Below, one piece after another: positions 29,038 through 39,078 of a stretch of 64,000 bases of DNA; position 1 is the stretch's first letter, and every line of letters begins with the position of its first letter. A program made the position numbers and the translations under genes. Origin of the DNA: a bacterium (lineage in GTDB: Bacteria > Zhuqueibacterota > Zhuqueibacteria > Residuimicrobiales > Krinioviventaceae); assembly GCA_963675755.2 (NCBI GenBank), contig CAXXMD010000003.1:3392001-3456000 (forward strand). Direction: 5' to 3'. A model generated the notes under the pieces. It made no database searches and was not told the origin of the DNA. It saw only the letters and a list, made by a program, of their open reading frames with translations.

Positions 29038-31083
29038 ATGCAACATTCTCTTTTTCGTTTCTTTCTTTTGGGTACTCTATTTTTTTCATTATCTCTTGTT
29101 GCTGGCCCGTCACAACAGAAACCTTTTACGGTACATGAGCTGCTTGCTATGGACCGTGTTGGGGCACCTCAAGTCTCACCCAATGGACAGCTCATCGCTT
29201 TTTCCATACGCAAAACCAATCTTGAAAAAAACAAAGGAGAATATGATCTCTATCTTGTGGATATAAACGGGAATTCTTGCAAAAGGCTTACAACCCATCC
29301 CTCAATAGATACCAGTCCCTGCTGGTCTACGGATGGGAAATGGATTTATTTTCTCTCCACTCGGTCTGAATCCATGCAGGTATGGCGGATTCGTCCGGAT
29401 GGAGGTGAAGCTGAAGCAGTAACGCATCTTGATCTGGATATCAACGACTTTACAGTCGTTCCTTCTGGCAAAGGGCTTCTCCTTTCAATTGATGTATTTC
29501 CCGGCAAATCTATTCAAGAGACAAATGAGGCCCTGCAAGCGCGTGAAAACAATAATGCCACTGGCAAACTTTATGATCAGGCACTTTTCCGTCATTGGGA
29601 TGTATGGGCTGATGGACGTTTTGCCCATTTGTTCATTCTGGATTTTGAAACAATGATACCCGTGGATCTGATGAGTGGTATGCAAGCCAACGCGCCCACT
29701 AAACCCTGGGGTGGGATGGAAGAGGTTGCATTTACCCCGGATGGCTCTAGTGTTGTTTTTACTGCCAAGGATGTAGGCGCCCGGTCCGCCTGGTCCACAA
29801 ATTACGATTTATTCAAAGTGTCGCTCGATGGTACCCAGACTTCGGAATGTCTGACTGGAACAAATAAAGCCTGGGATACCCAGCCGACATTCTCCCCGCA
29901 CGGAAAAACCCTGGCGTATCTCGCAATGGCCAGGCCGGGATTTGAGGCAGATCAATATCATATATTGCTGCGGGATTGGCAGACAGGGGCAGTCAGAGAA
30001 CTGGCAAGCGCCTGGGACCGTTCTCCATCAGCTATTTTTTGGAGTCCGGATGGTAAGATTCTATTTGCGGTTGCTGAAAATCTGGGACAGCGTGCCCTCT
30101 TTGCTATTGATGTAAAATCAGATAAAGTGACCCCGGTGATTGAACAGGGAACCGTGCGATCTCCGGTATTTGCGGGCGAACGCATTGTGTTCGGACTGGA
30201 TCATTTGAAATCACCTGTAGAGCTTTATTCTATCCGTCCTGATGGCAAGGACCAACAACGGATTACCCATGTCAATGACGAACTGGTAAAGCAGATTGCC
30301 TGGGGTGAGCCCGAGCAGTTTACTTTTAAAGGCTGGAATGACGAAACGGTTTATGGCTATGTAGTAAAACCTGCCAATTTTGATCCTGCAAAAAAATATC
30401 CCGTGGCATTTTTAATCCACGGCGGGCCGCAAGGTTCTTTTGGCAATGATTTTCACTATCGTTGGAATCCCCAAGCCTATGCGGGTGCAGGATACGCAGC
30501 GGTAATGATCGATTTTCATGGGTCTACCGGATACGGACAGGCTTTTACCGATGCCATCCGTGAAAACTGGGGCAGCCGACCTTTTGAGGATTTGCAAAAA
30601 GGACTTGCGGCAGCCCTGGAGAAATATTCGTGGTTAGATGGGGAGAGGGTAGGCGCTCTTGGTGCATCCTACGGCGGATATATGATCAACTGGATTGCGG
30701 GCAACTGGCCTGACCGGTTCAAGTGTTTAGTCAATCATGATGGTAATTTTGATATTCGTATGGCGTATTTTGATACAGAAGAACTCTGGTTTCCCGAGTG
30801 GGAGCATGGAGGTACACCCTGGGACAAACCTGAAGGTTATGAGGAGCATAATCCTGTAAATTATGTTGATAAATGGAAAACACCCATGCTCGTTGTGCAC
30901 AGTGATCTGGATTATCGTGTACCGGTTACCCAGGGCATTGGAGCATTCAACGCTTTACAGCGCAAAGGGATTCCAAGTCAGTTCCTCTGTTTCCCGGATG
31001 AAAACCATTGGATACTCAAACCTCACAATTCTATATTGTGGCACGAAACGGTTATTGGTTGGCTGGACAAGTGGTTAAAATAG
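29038..31083 (+). CDS. S9 family serine peptidase (dipeptidyl-peptidase 5/acylaminoacyl-peptidase-like) with N-terminal beta-propeller
   Basis: Signal peptide; WSPDG/PD40-like repeats; IHGGPQ, GSTGYG, GASYGG nucleophile, DYRVP, FPDENHW. Confidence 0.93.
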   Translation: MQHSLFRFFLLGTLFFSLSLVAGPSQQKPFTVHELLAMDRVGAPQVSPNGQLIAFSIRKTNLEKNKGEYDLYLVDINGNSCKRLTTHPSIDTSPCWSTDGKWIYFLSTRSESMQVWRIRPDGGEAEAVTHLDLDINDFTVVPSGKGLLLSIDVFPGKSIQETNEALQARENNNATGKLYDQALFRHWDVWADGRFAHLFILDFETMIPVDLMSGMQANAPTKPWGGMEEVAFTPDGSSVVFTAKDVGARSAWSTNYDLFKVSLDGTQTSECLTGTNKAWDTQPTFSPHGKTLAYLAMARPGFEADQYHILLRDWQTGAVRELASAWDRSPSAIFWSPDGKILFAVAENLGQRALFAIDVKSDKVTPVIEQGTVRSPVFAGERIVFGLDHLKSPVELYSIRPDGKDQQRITHVNDELVKQIAWGEPEQFTFKGWNDETVYGYVVKPANFDPAKKYPVAFLIHGGPQGSFGNDFHYRWNPQAYAGAGYAAVMIDFHGSTGYGQAFTDAIRENWGSRPFEDLQKGLAAALEKYSWLDGERVGALGASYGGYMINWIAGNWPDRFKCLVNHDGNFDIRMAYFDTEELWFPEWEHGGTPWDKPEGYEEHNPVNYVDKWKTPMLVVHSDLDYRVPVTQGIGAFNALQRKGIPSQFLCFPDENHWILKPHNSILWHETVIGWLDKWLK

Positions 31084-31202
31084 TAGGTCTATAATTGCTG
31101 CACCTCCGGGAGACAACTCCGGTTTGTTAAAAAGTTACGAAACCATATTGCGGGGGGTAGTACTTGACCATATTAGATGGGGAAATTCGGACGGATAGAA
31201 AA

Positions 31203-31237
31203 AGTTACCAGACACCCTTGAGGTGCCTGGTAACTTG
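31203..31237. repeat. REP-like palindrome (family B), possibly also a terminator between convergent genes
   Basis: aagttaccagacacc-cttga-ggtgcctggtaactt; core resembles ggcacctccgaggtgcc at 55374 and 55672. Confidence 0.55.
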
Positions 31238-31254
31238 AATGCTGTGTATTGATC

Positions 31255-33348
31255 TTATGGCACCTGAGAACTGATACCGCTATTGGGTTTGACCACCAGA
31301 TAATCAGTTGCGTTAACACTGCCATTCATGTTACAGTCCGAGGGATCATAACTTGTAGATCCGCTTTGACCTTTGATAGAGAGATAATCGGTTGCGTTTA
31401 TAATGCCGCTGTTATTTGCATCACCGCAGAACATGCCGTAAATTCCGATTTCTAACTGTGCAGCGCTGCCACCGTAATATTTGTCATAGGGTGTTGATTC
31501 ATCTATAGTGAAATCATAGGTTGTCAGAGTACCGCTTAAACTCTGCGCTGTGGCGCTCATGATTGCCAGATGGTTACGGTGACGAATGACGATGTAATAG
31601 TCGCTCGGGGCCAGACCTGTGAGGGTGAGACTGGTTTCGGTACCATCGTCCTCAGCCAGATAGCCGTCGCTGCGCAGGAGATACGAGCGGCTGTAAACGG
31701 CTTCACCATCTACAGTTGAGCGTAATTCCAGACAGACCCAGTCGGTAATGCCTTCGGGGATGCTGCCCGCATTACGATTGTCAGAATAGCAAGAGGTTGC
31801 GGGAATAATGCCTGCCAGATTTGTACACATATTATGGACGTCGTTGTCATAGGGGCCTTGCAGATATACTTTGACAGCAAGTTGGGGATCACCTTCGTCA
31901 GTGGTAAACGATTTTACACCACCATAAAATGTACCGTAACAATTGGAACAAAAGGTGCGATAATAATATGTGTTGTTGGGAGAAAGCCCGGTCACCGTTC
32001 CAGAAAATACGCCAAGACCGCTGCCCATAGTAGTTTGGTCATCTATCAGTGTCGGTGGATTGGTAGTGCCATAGCAGACGCCTCGTCGCTGTGGGGGGAC
32101 TCCATTGTGTTCATAGACATTTCCGCCAAGCTCGGCTGTGGTGGCGGTAATGCTTTCCGCGTCGTATGATGATATGCAGAATGCATTAATAGCATATGTA
32201 CTGCCTTTTTTTATACCCACAATACCGTCGTTACTTCCAATCAACAGATCAACGTTCCCATCTCCGTTCAAGTCGGTTTGGGACAGAACAGATTTGTCGC
32301 CTACATCAATGTCATTCCAATCTGTGGTTTCACTGTTAAAGGTATATGAACCTACACCTGACTGTTGATAAAGTTGGACCTTGCCGTCTTGATTGCCTAT
32401 GAAAAATTCAAGTCTGCCATCGGAATCATAATAGCAAAACATGGGTGACGGCAGCCCGCCAATGTCAATGGAATTAAAGTTGTCGCTAATCAGGGTAAAG
32501 GATGTTGAAGTTCCATTGACCTGTTCATAATGGTATATAGCGCCGCCCAGGTTGCCCACCAGCAGATCAAGTCGGCCATCCAGATCGAGATCGGTAAAAG
32601 TAGGTTTAGAGTAACCGCCCACATCAATACCGCTCAAGGCGCCGACAAGGGTAAACGACGCGGAGCGGTCGCTGTCTTGTTCAAAATGACGCAGGGTACC
32701 GTCGTCGCGGCCAATGATCAGGTCCAGCAGACCGTCATCATCCAGATCAACTATTGTGGGGAAATTACAGGTGCCTACATCGATACTGTTAAAGTATGAT
32801 GTGACGAGATTTAACGAAAACGAGTTGACAGCCGTTTGTTCATAGCGCGTCAATCTGCCGTCTTTGTTGCCCACCAGCATATCCATCAGGCCGTCGCCGT
32901 CAATGTCGGTCATGGTTGGGGCGGCGTTTTCACCCACATTGATGTTTGTCATATCTGATGTTTTAAAACTCCATTTATAACCATAGCTGCCCGTGCCGGC
33001 GCGGTTGGTGGCGCTCACCCGCCAATAATAGGTTGTGCCGGTGGCGGGCAGATCTGCAGTCCAGCATGTATCTGTAATTCCGGTGTATTCTCCCACAATA
33101 GAATTAAACTCCCAATCGGAGGCAATCTGAACATTAAAGGAAAAAGTATGGTCCATATCTTGCCAATACAACCGGGCCCGGCAGGAGAGTAGTACATCAT
33201 TTGGGTATTCAGGACTCGCCAGGTCCGGTGCACTTGGTGGTATAGATGTCAGGGGAAATGTTCCGGATATGGTCCTTTCCGATTGTGCGAGTCCCGTGTT
33301 GGCATAAGGTAAAACACATACTACCAAAAGAAAAAATATTTTTTTCAT
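31255..33348 (-). CDS. Secreted FN3 + FG-GAP/VCBS-repeat protein with C-terminal dockerin-like double Ca-binding repeat
   Basis: TYYWRVSA.N FN3; five D.D.DG..D...G..DG repeats; VKVYLQGPY...RHRNHL domain; GDANNSGIINATDY...DCNMNGSVNATDY; start reassigned to ATG 33348 (RBS GAGGT). Confidence 0.8.
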   Translation of the reverse strand: MKKIFFLLVVCVLPYANTGLAQSERTISGTFPLTSIPPSAPDLASPEYPNDVLLSCRARLYWQDMDHTFSFNVQIASDWEFNSIVGEYTGITDTCWTADLPATGTTYYWRVSATNRAGTGSYGYKWSFKTSDMTNINVGENAAPTMTDIDGDGLMDMLVGNKDGRLTRYEQTAVNSFSLNLVTSYFNSIDVGTCNFPTIVDLDDDGLLDLIIGRDDGTLRHFEQDSDRSASFTLVGALSGIDVGGYSKPTFTDLDLDGRLDLLVGNLGGAIYHYEQVNGTSTSFTLISDNFNSIDIGGLPSPMFCYYDSDGRLEFFIGNQDGKVQLYQQSGVGSYTFNSETTDWNDIDVGDKSVLSQTDLNGDGNVDLLIGSNDGIVGIKKGSTYAINAFCISSYDAESITATTAELGGNVYEHNGVPPQRRGVCYGTTNPPTLIDDQTTMGSGLGVFSGTVTGLSPNNTYYYRTFCSNCYGTFYGGVKSFTTDEGDPQLAVKVYLQGPYDNDVHNMCTNLAGIIPATSCYSDNRNAGSIPEGITDWVCLELRSTVDGEAVYSRSYLLRSDGYLAEDDGTETSLTLTGLAPSDYYIVIRHRNHLAIMSATAQSLSGTLTTYDFTIDESTPYDKYYGGSAAQLEIGIYGMFCGDANNSGIINATDYLSIKGQSGSTSYDPSDCNMNGSVNATDYLVVKPNSGISSQVP

Positions 33349-33400
33349 GTGTACCTCAATTAATTTATTATTTAATAAAAATTTGATTTTATAACATTGG

Positions 33401-34366
33401 TTAATCTTTGACCAAACGGATATAACCTCCCAATATTGATTCATTATAATATCTACTTATACCATCGTCTATACTAATCATTCGATTAAAACAATAACTC
33501 GAATTTGTCATCTCCGGGTGATAACTAGATATAAAAATAATTTGTCCATTCAGGCTTTGATAATTACCATTAGTGTACCTAAAGCCACCTGGTATAGCAG
33601 AAAACCCTGTTAAATTATTGCCATTACCCGGGCTCCAGCCTGTTATTGACTTTAATTTTGTGCCTTGGTCAGTACCACGAAGTCCAAATCCGTCTGCTTG
33701 AGTTTGTGTCATGCCCAAAAATATTTCCAGCTCTTTCCACTCATCATCTGTTGGTAGATGCCAACCATCGGGTGCAATCATACCGTTGTTTGCAGCGTGT
33801 CCATTATAAATATATCCATAAGTATCTGCATTTGATTCGTCATTATTATAAACACAACGCGCGGCTGTTTTAAAATCATAGCAATGTATCCATTCATAGT
33901 TATCAGTTATTACCTTTATTTCTGATCCATTGTTATATTTTGTCTCTTTTAAATTCTCAGCCATCCACCACTGGTTTCCAATTTTGACGGTTTTGTACAC
34001 CGTGCCGTCATTACCGGTCATGGTGCTGAAAAAAGAAGATAGCACACACACTTTGAACTGGCTGCCGCTGGTATTGGGGTTGTCAGCGTAAAAATCCCAT
34101 ACGATGTGATAGTCGGTTCCTGCGGTTATGTACTCACCAACATCGCCGGTGAGGCTGGTGCATTTCAAGTCCCAGGTTGCTCCGTTGTCGTCAGAGCCTT
34201 CGATTCCCAATATTTTTATATCATAACCTTCAGGATTGTTTAAATCGTACCAGATATCTACCATGAAATTGCCGTCTGTGCGTTGTGCCACACGTATGTT
34301 GGAAACCTGGGCGAACAGGCAGCAGGTCAGTGAAATCAATAATAAAGTTGTGAATAGTAATCTCAT
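33401..34366 (-). CDS. Secreted FISUMP (Fibrobacter succinogenes major paralogous domain) protein
   Basis: DG.VYKTVKIGNQWWMAENL, YG.IYN, P.GWHLPT.DEW..L, GF.A.PGG.R, terminal IRLVKD; ATG 34366 after RBS GAGGAG. Confidence 0.88.
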   Translation of the reverse strand: MRLLFTTLLLISLTCCLFAQVSNIRVAQRTDGNFMVDIWYDLNNPEGYDIKILGIEGSDDNGATWDLKCTSLTGDVGEYITAGTDYHIVWDFYADNPNTSGSQFKVCVLSSFFSTMTGNDGTVYKTVKIGNQWWMAENLKETKYNNGSEIKVITDNYEWIHCYDFKTAARCVYNNDESNADTYGYIYNGHAANNGMIAPDGWHLPTDDEWKELEIFLGMTQTQADGFGLRGTDQGTKLKSITGWSPGNGNNLTGFSAIPGGFRYTNGNYQSLNGQIIFISSYHPEMTNSSYCFNRMISIDDGISRYYNESILGGYIRLVKD

Positions 34367-34583
34367 TGTTCTCCTCATTCGTTATTTTAAAAACCAATGA
34401 TTAATTCTAAATACCCGGGCATTGCTATTCCATACCTTTTGAAAGAAATGCTTGTTACAGTCTCTGCCGCTACATATTGTTATTCCCTCAAAAAGGACAG
34501 GCATTGCTTTAGTATTCAGAACCTATTAAAATGATAATATTTGAAAAGTATTAGATTAAAGATAAGTTATTCTGCAATACAGT

Positions 34584-34626
34584 ACCAAGCACACATGTCG
34601 CAAAAAGCAGAACATTTGTCGCATTT
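34584..34626 (-). promoter_or_regulatory. Putative AraC-type operator, copy 3, upstream of FISUMP/FG-GAP operon
   Basis: Minus strand aaaTGCGACAaatgttctgcttttTGCGACAtgtgtgcttggt; nearly identical to 12881-12923. Confidence 0.7.
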
Positions 34627-34642
34627 GGTGTTTTAAAACGTG

Positions 34643-37453
34643 TTATTTGGAAGTGTATTGCGAAGGAGATTTGCCAAACCGTTTTTTAAAGCAGCGTCTG
34701 AAATAGTCGGGGCTGCCGAATCCGGTTTGATAGGCAATTTCTGATATGGTTGCGGTTTTACTTTCCAGTATTTCAATAGCATGTTTTAGCCGGATTGATC
34801 GGATAAAATCAACTACGGTTTGATTGGTGAGAGCGTGTATCTTGCGGTGCAATTGTGAGCGAGACAAGGCCATCTTGCTGCTTAACCAGTCTACACTCAG
34901 ATCGGGATTGGTCAGGTGCATTTCAATCATATCTACTGCACGTTTTAAAAAAATCTCATCAGCGGGCATGACCGCAATATCTTCAATGGGGATTGTGATT
35001 TGTTTGTTGAAACGCTGGCGCAGTTTACGTCGCTGTTCGATTAGATTTTTGATCCGTACTTTGAGTTCGTCCGGTTCAAATGGTTTGGTAAGATAGTCGT
35101 CAGCACCCAAGGTTAGGCCTTCAATTTTACTGGCGCTGTCAGACCGGGCGGTAAGCAGCACAACTGGTATATGGCTGGTGCGTTCGTCTGTTTTCAGCTT
35201 TTCACAGAATTGGTATCCGTCCATATTGGGCATCATCACGTCGCTGATTACCAGGTCCGGTATACAATTGATTGCCTGTTCCAGACCATCTTTACCATCG
35301 GTGGCTTCTAAAATTTCATATTCATCTTCAATGATCTCGTGAATATAAGCGCGCAGATCTGAATGGTCTTCGGTAATGAGAATGATGGGGGCATCTTTTT
35401 TCTTTGAATGCCGAACAGGTACAGGTTTGACATCCTCATCAGAAATGTCTACAGTTGGTAATTTTAAAGTTTTTGAGTCCGGAGAGGGGACAGATGCAAA
35501 ATCTTGGTTTGAGAAATGGTCTTTTCCCAAAGGCAGGTGTACCGTAAAAGTACTACCCTTGTCAATCTCGCTTGATACTGTGATTTTACCATGATGCAGG
35601 TGTACCAGCTCGCGGGCCAGCGCCAGCCCAATGCCGCTGCCTTGCTGGTTTTGCGGGTATCCGTTTTCAACCTGGTAGAACCTATCGAAAATATGTTCAA
35701 GATGTTCATTGGGAATTCCAGGCCCGGTGTCTGATATGCTGATTTCCAGAGAATCGTTTTGGGAAACAGATACTTTAATCTCTCCACCTGAGGTTGTGAA
35801 TTTGACCGCATTTGATAATAAATTGTTCAGTACTTTGTCCATTTTATCCCTGTCAATCCAGATATAGGCTGCATTCAAACCGGTTTCATATATCAAACTG
35901 ATTTGATGGTGAACAACATGAGATTCGAATGTTTGGCATACCCCTTTAATAAGTGGCCATATATCTGTTTTTTCAACTTTTAATTCCATACGTCCTGATT
36001 CGATGCGGGACAGGTCAAGCAACTCGTTTACCAGATTTAAGAGCCGGTGTCCGTTTTTAATTTGTAATCGGGACCTTTTTCGTATACTTTTATCTTGCGA
36101 TTCATCCAGAATTTGCTGCGCTGTACCCAGAATTAAGGTGAGGGGGGTGCGGAATTCATGGGAAATGTTGGCAAAAAATCGGGATTTCATTCGGTCAATT
36201 TCTTTAAACTTTTCAGATTCAATGACTTTTTTCTGTGCTATCTCTTTTTGTCTATTGTTTTCAATATATCGATCAATGATAATAAAGGTCAAAAAGACGA
36301 CAAAGCCGAGAGTACCGAAATGAAGCAAGCTGACATTTGATGATATATGTATCACAAAATGCAGCAAAAGTTCAAGACCACCAAATAAATAAAAAATAAT
36401 CAACCCTATAAAAAGCAACTTAATCTCGCGCTTACCTTTGGGTGAACTCTTGATCACCAGAATAAAACTGGTTGTGGTGCTTGTTGAAGTCAATACGAAA
36501 AATAACTGATAAAACAGATCCGTAAAACGGTTCTTGAAAATTATCATTGACAAAATTGATAGTATAAAAAATAGCAGGTGGCCCTGCCAAAAACGCCTGA
36601 CGAAAGGTTTGAACTTTTTAGTGATAATCTGTTCCGTGAGATACAGTCCGCCAATGGGGGAGACCATTAATGAGTAAAAATCCAGTAGAAAAAAAAGCCG
36701 CGGTGAATAGATCATTGTTTGGAGAAAGTAAGAATTGCTTCCTGCAAATACACCAATTGAAATTAAAAAAGTAGCAATTCCAATCAATAGATTGTTTCTC
36801 TGCACAAGTAAATAAATAAATAATAGTACAAAACCAAGAATAATAAAAAGCGGGGCAAAGATGATTTCATCTATATCTTTGATAAATAGTTTTTTTAATA
36901 TAATGTCTGCCGGGGCAACCCAGATGGGTTGATTAAGACCTATAGTAGATTTATCAGACCAGATTCGAAAATAAAGAATGCCATTGGAATAATCATCGGG
37001 AAGACGTACCAGCATCATGTGCCAGCCAACAAACAGATCTTTGTTTCTTGTGAAATCACCAAATTGATAGATTTGCTGATCATTCAGGTAAATTTGTACG
37101 ATTTGGCGTACACTGGGAAAGAACAACGCAGGATTTGACACTTTTGTATCCGGAAGCTGTACACGTAACCATAAACTGCTATATCCTGTATTGGGGATGT
37201 CGTCAAATTTTTCTACGGATGTCCAGACTTTGGAATCAATACTATCATCCAGCCAGATCAAATGTCCATTTGCATCTTTAGGAGAATCCCCTGTACGATA
37301 CTGCCAACCGTTCTCAATATTGAATATCTCGGTTGACGCATTGGTATCATAGTTTATGATATTCTTTTCTTTGCTGAAACAAAGCGTTGAATATAATAAT
37401 AGTAGAGCAAACAAAATATATGTATAGACCAACGGTCGATTAGTCAGAATCAC
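34643..37453 (-). CDS. Hybrid two-component sensor kinase/AraC response regulator, paralog of 14393..17287
   Basis: GWQYRTGDSP..G.LIWLD sensor start, ~7 TM, FANISHEFRTPL, NAVKFT, DVMMPNMDG, LSRSQLHRK, ISEIAYQTGF. Confidence 0.93.
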   Translation of the reverse strand: MILTNRPLVYTYILFALLLLYSTLCFSKEKNIINYDTNASTEIFNIENGWQYRTGDSPKDANGHLIWLDDSIDSKVWTSVEKFDDIPNTGYSSLWLRVQLPDTKVSNPALFFPSVRQIVQIYLNDQQIYQFGDFTRNKDLFVGWHMMLVRLPDDYSNGILYFRIWSDKSTIGLNQPIWVAPADIILKKLFIKDIDEIIFAPLFIILGFVLLFIYLLVQRNNLLIGIATFLISIGVFAGSNSYFLQTMIYSPRLFFLLDFYSLMVSPIGGLYLTEQIITKKFKPFVRRFWQGHLLFFILSILSMIIFKNRFTDLFYQLFFVLTSTSTTTSFILVIKSSPKGKREIKLLFIGLIIFYLFGGLELLLHFVIHISSNVSLLHFGTLGFVVFLTFIIIDRYIENNRQKEIAQKKVIESEKFKEIDRMKSRFFANISHEFRTPLTLILGTAQQILDESQDKSIRKRSRLQIKNGHRLLNLVNELLDLSRIESGRMELKVEKTDIWPLIKGVCQTFESHVVHHQISLIYETGLNAAYIWIDRDKMDKVLNNLLSNAVKFTTSGGEIKVSVSQNDSLEISISDTGPGIPNEHLEHIFDRFYQVENGYPQNQQGSGIGLALARELVHLHHGKITVSSEIDKGSTFTVHLPLGKDHFSNQDFASVPSPDSKTLKLPTVDISDEDVKPVPVRHSKKKDAPIILITEDHSDLRAYIHEIIEDEYEILEATDGKDGLEQAINCIPDLVISDVMMPNMDGYQFCEKLKTDERTSHIPVVLLTARSDSASKIEGLTLGADDYLTKPFEPDELKVRIKNLIEQRRKLRQRFNKQITIPIEDIAVMPADEIFLKRAVDMIEMHLTNPDLSVDWLSSKMALSRSQLHRKIHALTNQTVVDFIRSIRLKHAIEILESKTATISEIAYQTGFGSPDYFRRCFKKRFGKSPSQYTSK

Positions 37454-37641
37454 TTTGTTCCTCAGACGATTACAAATGGAAGGATATTTTGTTTATATAA
37501 AATATAATAATTATTATAAAAAACATTATTTTTTTTAAGAATTGTTTGTAAAAAAACGCTGACAAGTGCCTTTGCTTTGCCAGCGTTAAAATATTATAAA
37601 TGACAGGCTACAAATACCTGTCTGTGAATATTGGATTCGAA

Positions 37642-38868
37642 TTATTTTATAAACAATACCTTTTGTACCTGAGAGGTATTTCCAGTCTGCATGCGTACCA
37701 GATAGGTACCACTTGGAGCGGCTATACCGGCATCTGTCGTGCCGTCCCATTGGATTGAATATTGTCCGGCGGATTGGTGTTGATTACTCAGTAATTTGAT
37801 CTGTCGACCCAAAACATCATAAACCGTTAATGTTACATGGCTGTCTTTAGCCAGATTATAGTTCAACATTGTTGAAGGATTGAACGGATTGGGGTACGCC
37901 GCGAGCAGCTGTGTGGTTGAGGGGATAGCTGCTACAACAGATGTTGTACCGATCTCTGATTTTTCTCCATTGATATTCACTTCTGACAGACGGTAATCGT
38001 AATCTGCTCCTGCAGATATAGTGTTGTCTATAAAAGCGTATTGAGATGGGGAAGAGGTGGTGCCTTTTCCTGCCAATTCCGAATGGGTCTGGTAGGATGC
38101 AAGCTGCTGCCATGTGCCATCGTTCGCTTTACGATCGATGATGAAGCCAAGATTGTCTTTTTCGCTGGCAGTAGTCCAATTTAGGTCAACGGAATTACCA
38201 TTACTTGAAGCGGTAAAAGCATCAAGTTTAACCGGCAATGAGGATTCTGTGCCTGAAACTCGGATATAATCAATTGCCAATTCCTCTGATCCTCCGTTGT
38301 ACATCCAGATTCGGATCTGAAGGCTGGAACCTGATCCGGGAATACTATATGTGAATTCCTGCATGGCTGGATTAATGTCAGAACCATCAACAGTTCCATC
38401 GGCATTGGCATCTTCAGTGTAATAGTTCCCATTGCCAAGGAACTGGGCCAAAGTTGTAAAGCCGCCACTATCAAATTGATATTGAATTTTGAGAAATTCT
38501 TCACCCTCTTTGTCATAACCACTTCCACATCCAGCTAATAGTAATTTGATTTGAAAAGATTCATAGCCGCTTACATTAATTGCATCACAAGTAACATAAT
38601 GTTTTGTTGTGCCGGTATCATAATCCAGATCTTCACCTGTAAAAAAGTATGAACCCTGACAGCCTGTAAAAGCTTCAGATGCATAAATTACAGGGGTTGT
38701 ACCATTGGTACGTATCCAATAGTCGGGATCGCTTGTGTTTGCATTTGTTTCTGTAGGAGAAACCGTGTAACCAGCCCCATTGGTTTCAAAATCTACGGTT
38801 TGCAGAATTGTTTGAGACAAAAGAAAATAGGGTGTGATAAAAAGTAGTATTATTAACAATTTATTCAT
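37642..38868 (-). CDS. Secreted beta-sandwich-head protein with LPVKL module and T9SS-like CTD
   Basis: Signal peptide; ~190-aa head ending LAIDYIRV; LPVKLDAF...YPNPFNP...QKVLFIK. Confidence 0.82.
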   Translation of the reverse strand: MNKLLIILLFITPYFLLSQTILQTVDFETNGAGYTVSPTETNANTSDPDYWIRTNGTTPVIYASEAFTGCQGSYFFTGEDLDYDTGTTKHYVTCDAINVSGYESFQIKLLLAGCGSGYDKEGEEFLKIQYQFDSGGFTTLAQFLGNGNYYTEDANADGTVDGSDINPAMQEFTYSIPGSGSSLQIRIWMYNGGSEELAIDYIRVSGTESSLPVKLDAFTASSNGNSVDLNWTTASEKDNLGFIIDRKANDGTWQQLASYQTHSELAGKGTTSSPSQYAFIDNTISAGADYDYRLSEVNINGEKSEIGTTSVVAAIPSTTQLLAAYPNPFNPSTMLNYNLAKDSHVTLTVYDVLGRQIKLLSNQHQSAGQYSIQWDGTTDAGIAAPSGTYLVRMQTGNTSQVQKVLFIK

Positions 38869-39015
38869 TTGTTACCCTCCTTTATTGAATAATCGTCAAT
38901 ATATAAATATTTGAATCACATTGATTCTATTTCAAAATAGCAATTTTTATTCCATATTCGTATTTTTTTCTAATATTTTGTTTTTTTGAAAAATATTTTA
39001 AATTTTATTCTCAAT

Positions 39016-39048
39016 AAAAAAGCCCTTTCGGAATATATCCAAAAGGGC
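39016..39048 (-). terminator. groEL-type terminator, now separated from its gene (40058) by the IS
   Basis: aaaaaagccctttcgga-atata-tccaaaagggc. Confidence 0.7.
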
Positions 39049-39078
39049 CAGGCTTTGTACAAATACCAGTAAATTATT

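Noticed and set aside
33401-33600. FISUMP C-terminus as a diversity-generating retroelement variable region
   Set aside because: FISUMP folds can be DGR targets, but no reverse transcriptase or adenine-variant template repeat was seen in the window; a remote DGR cannot be excluded
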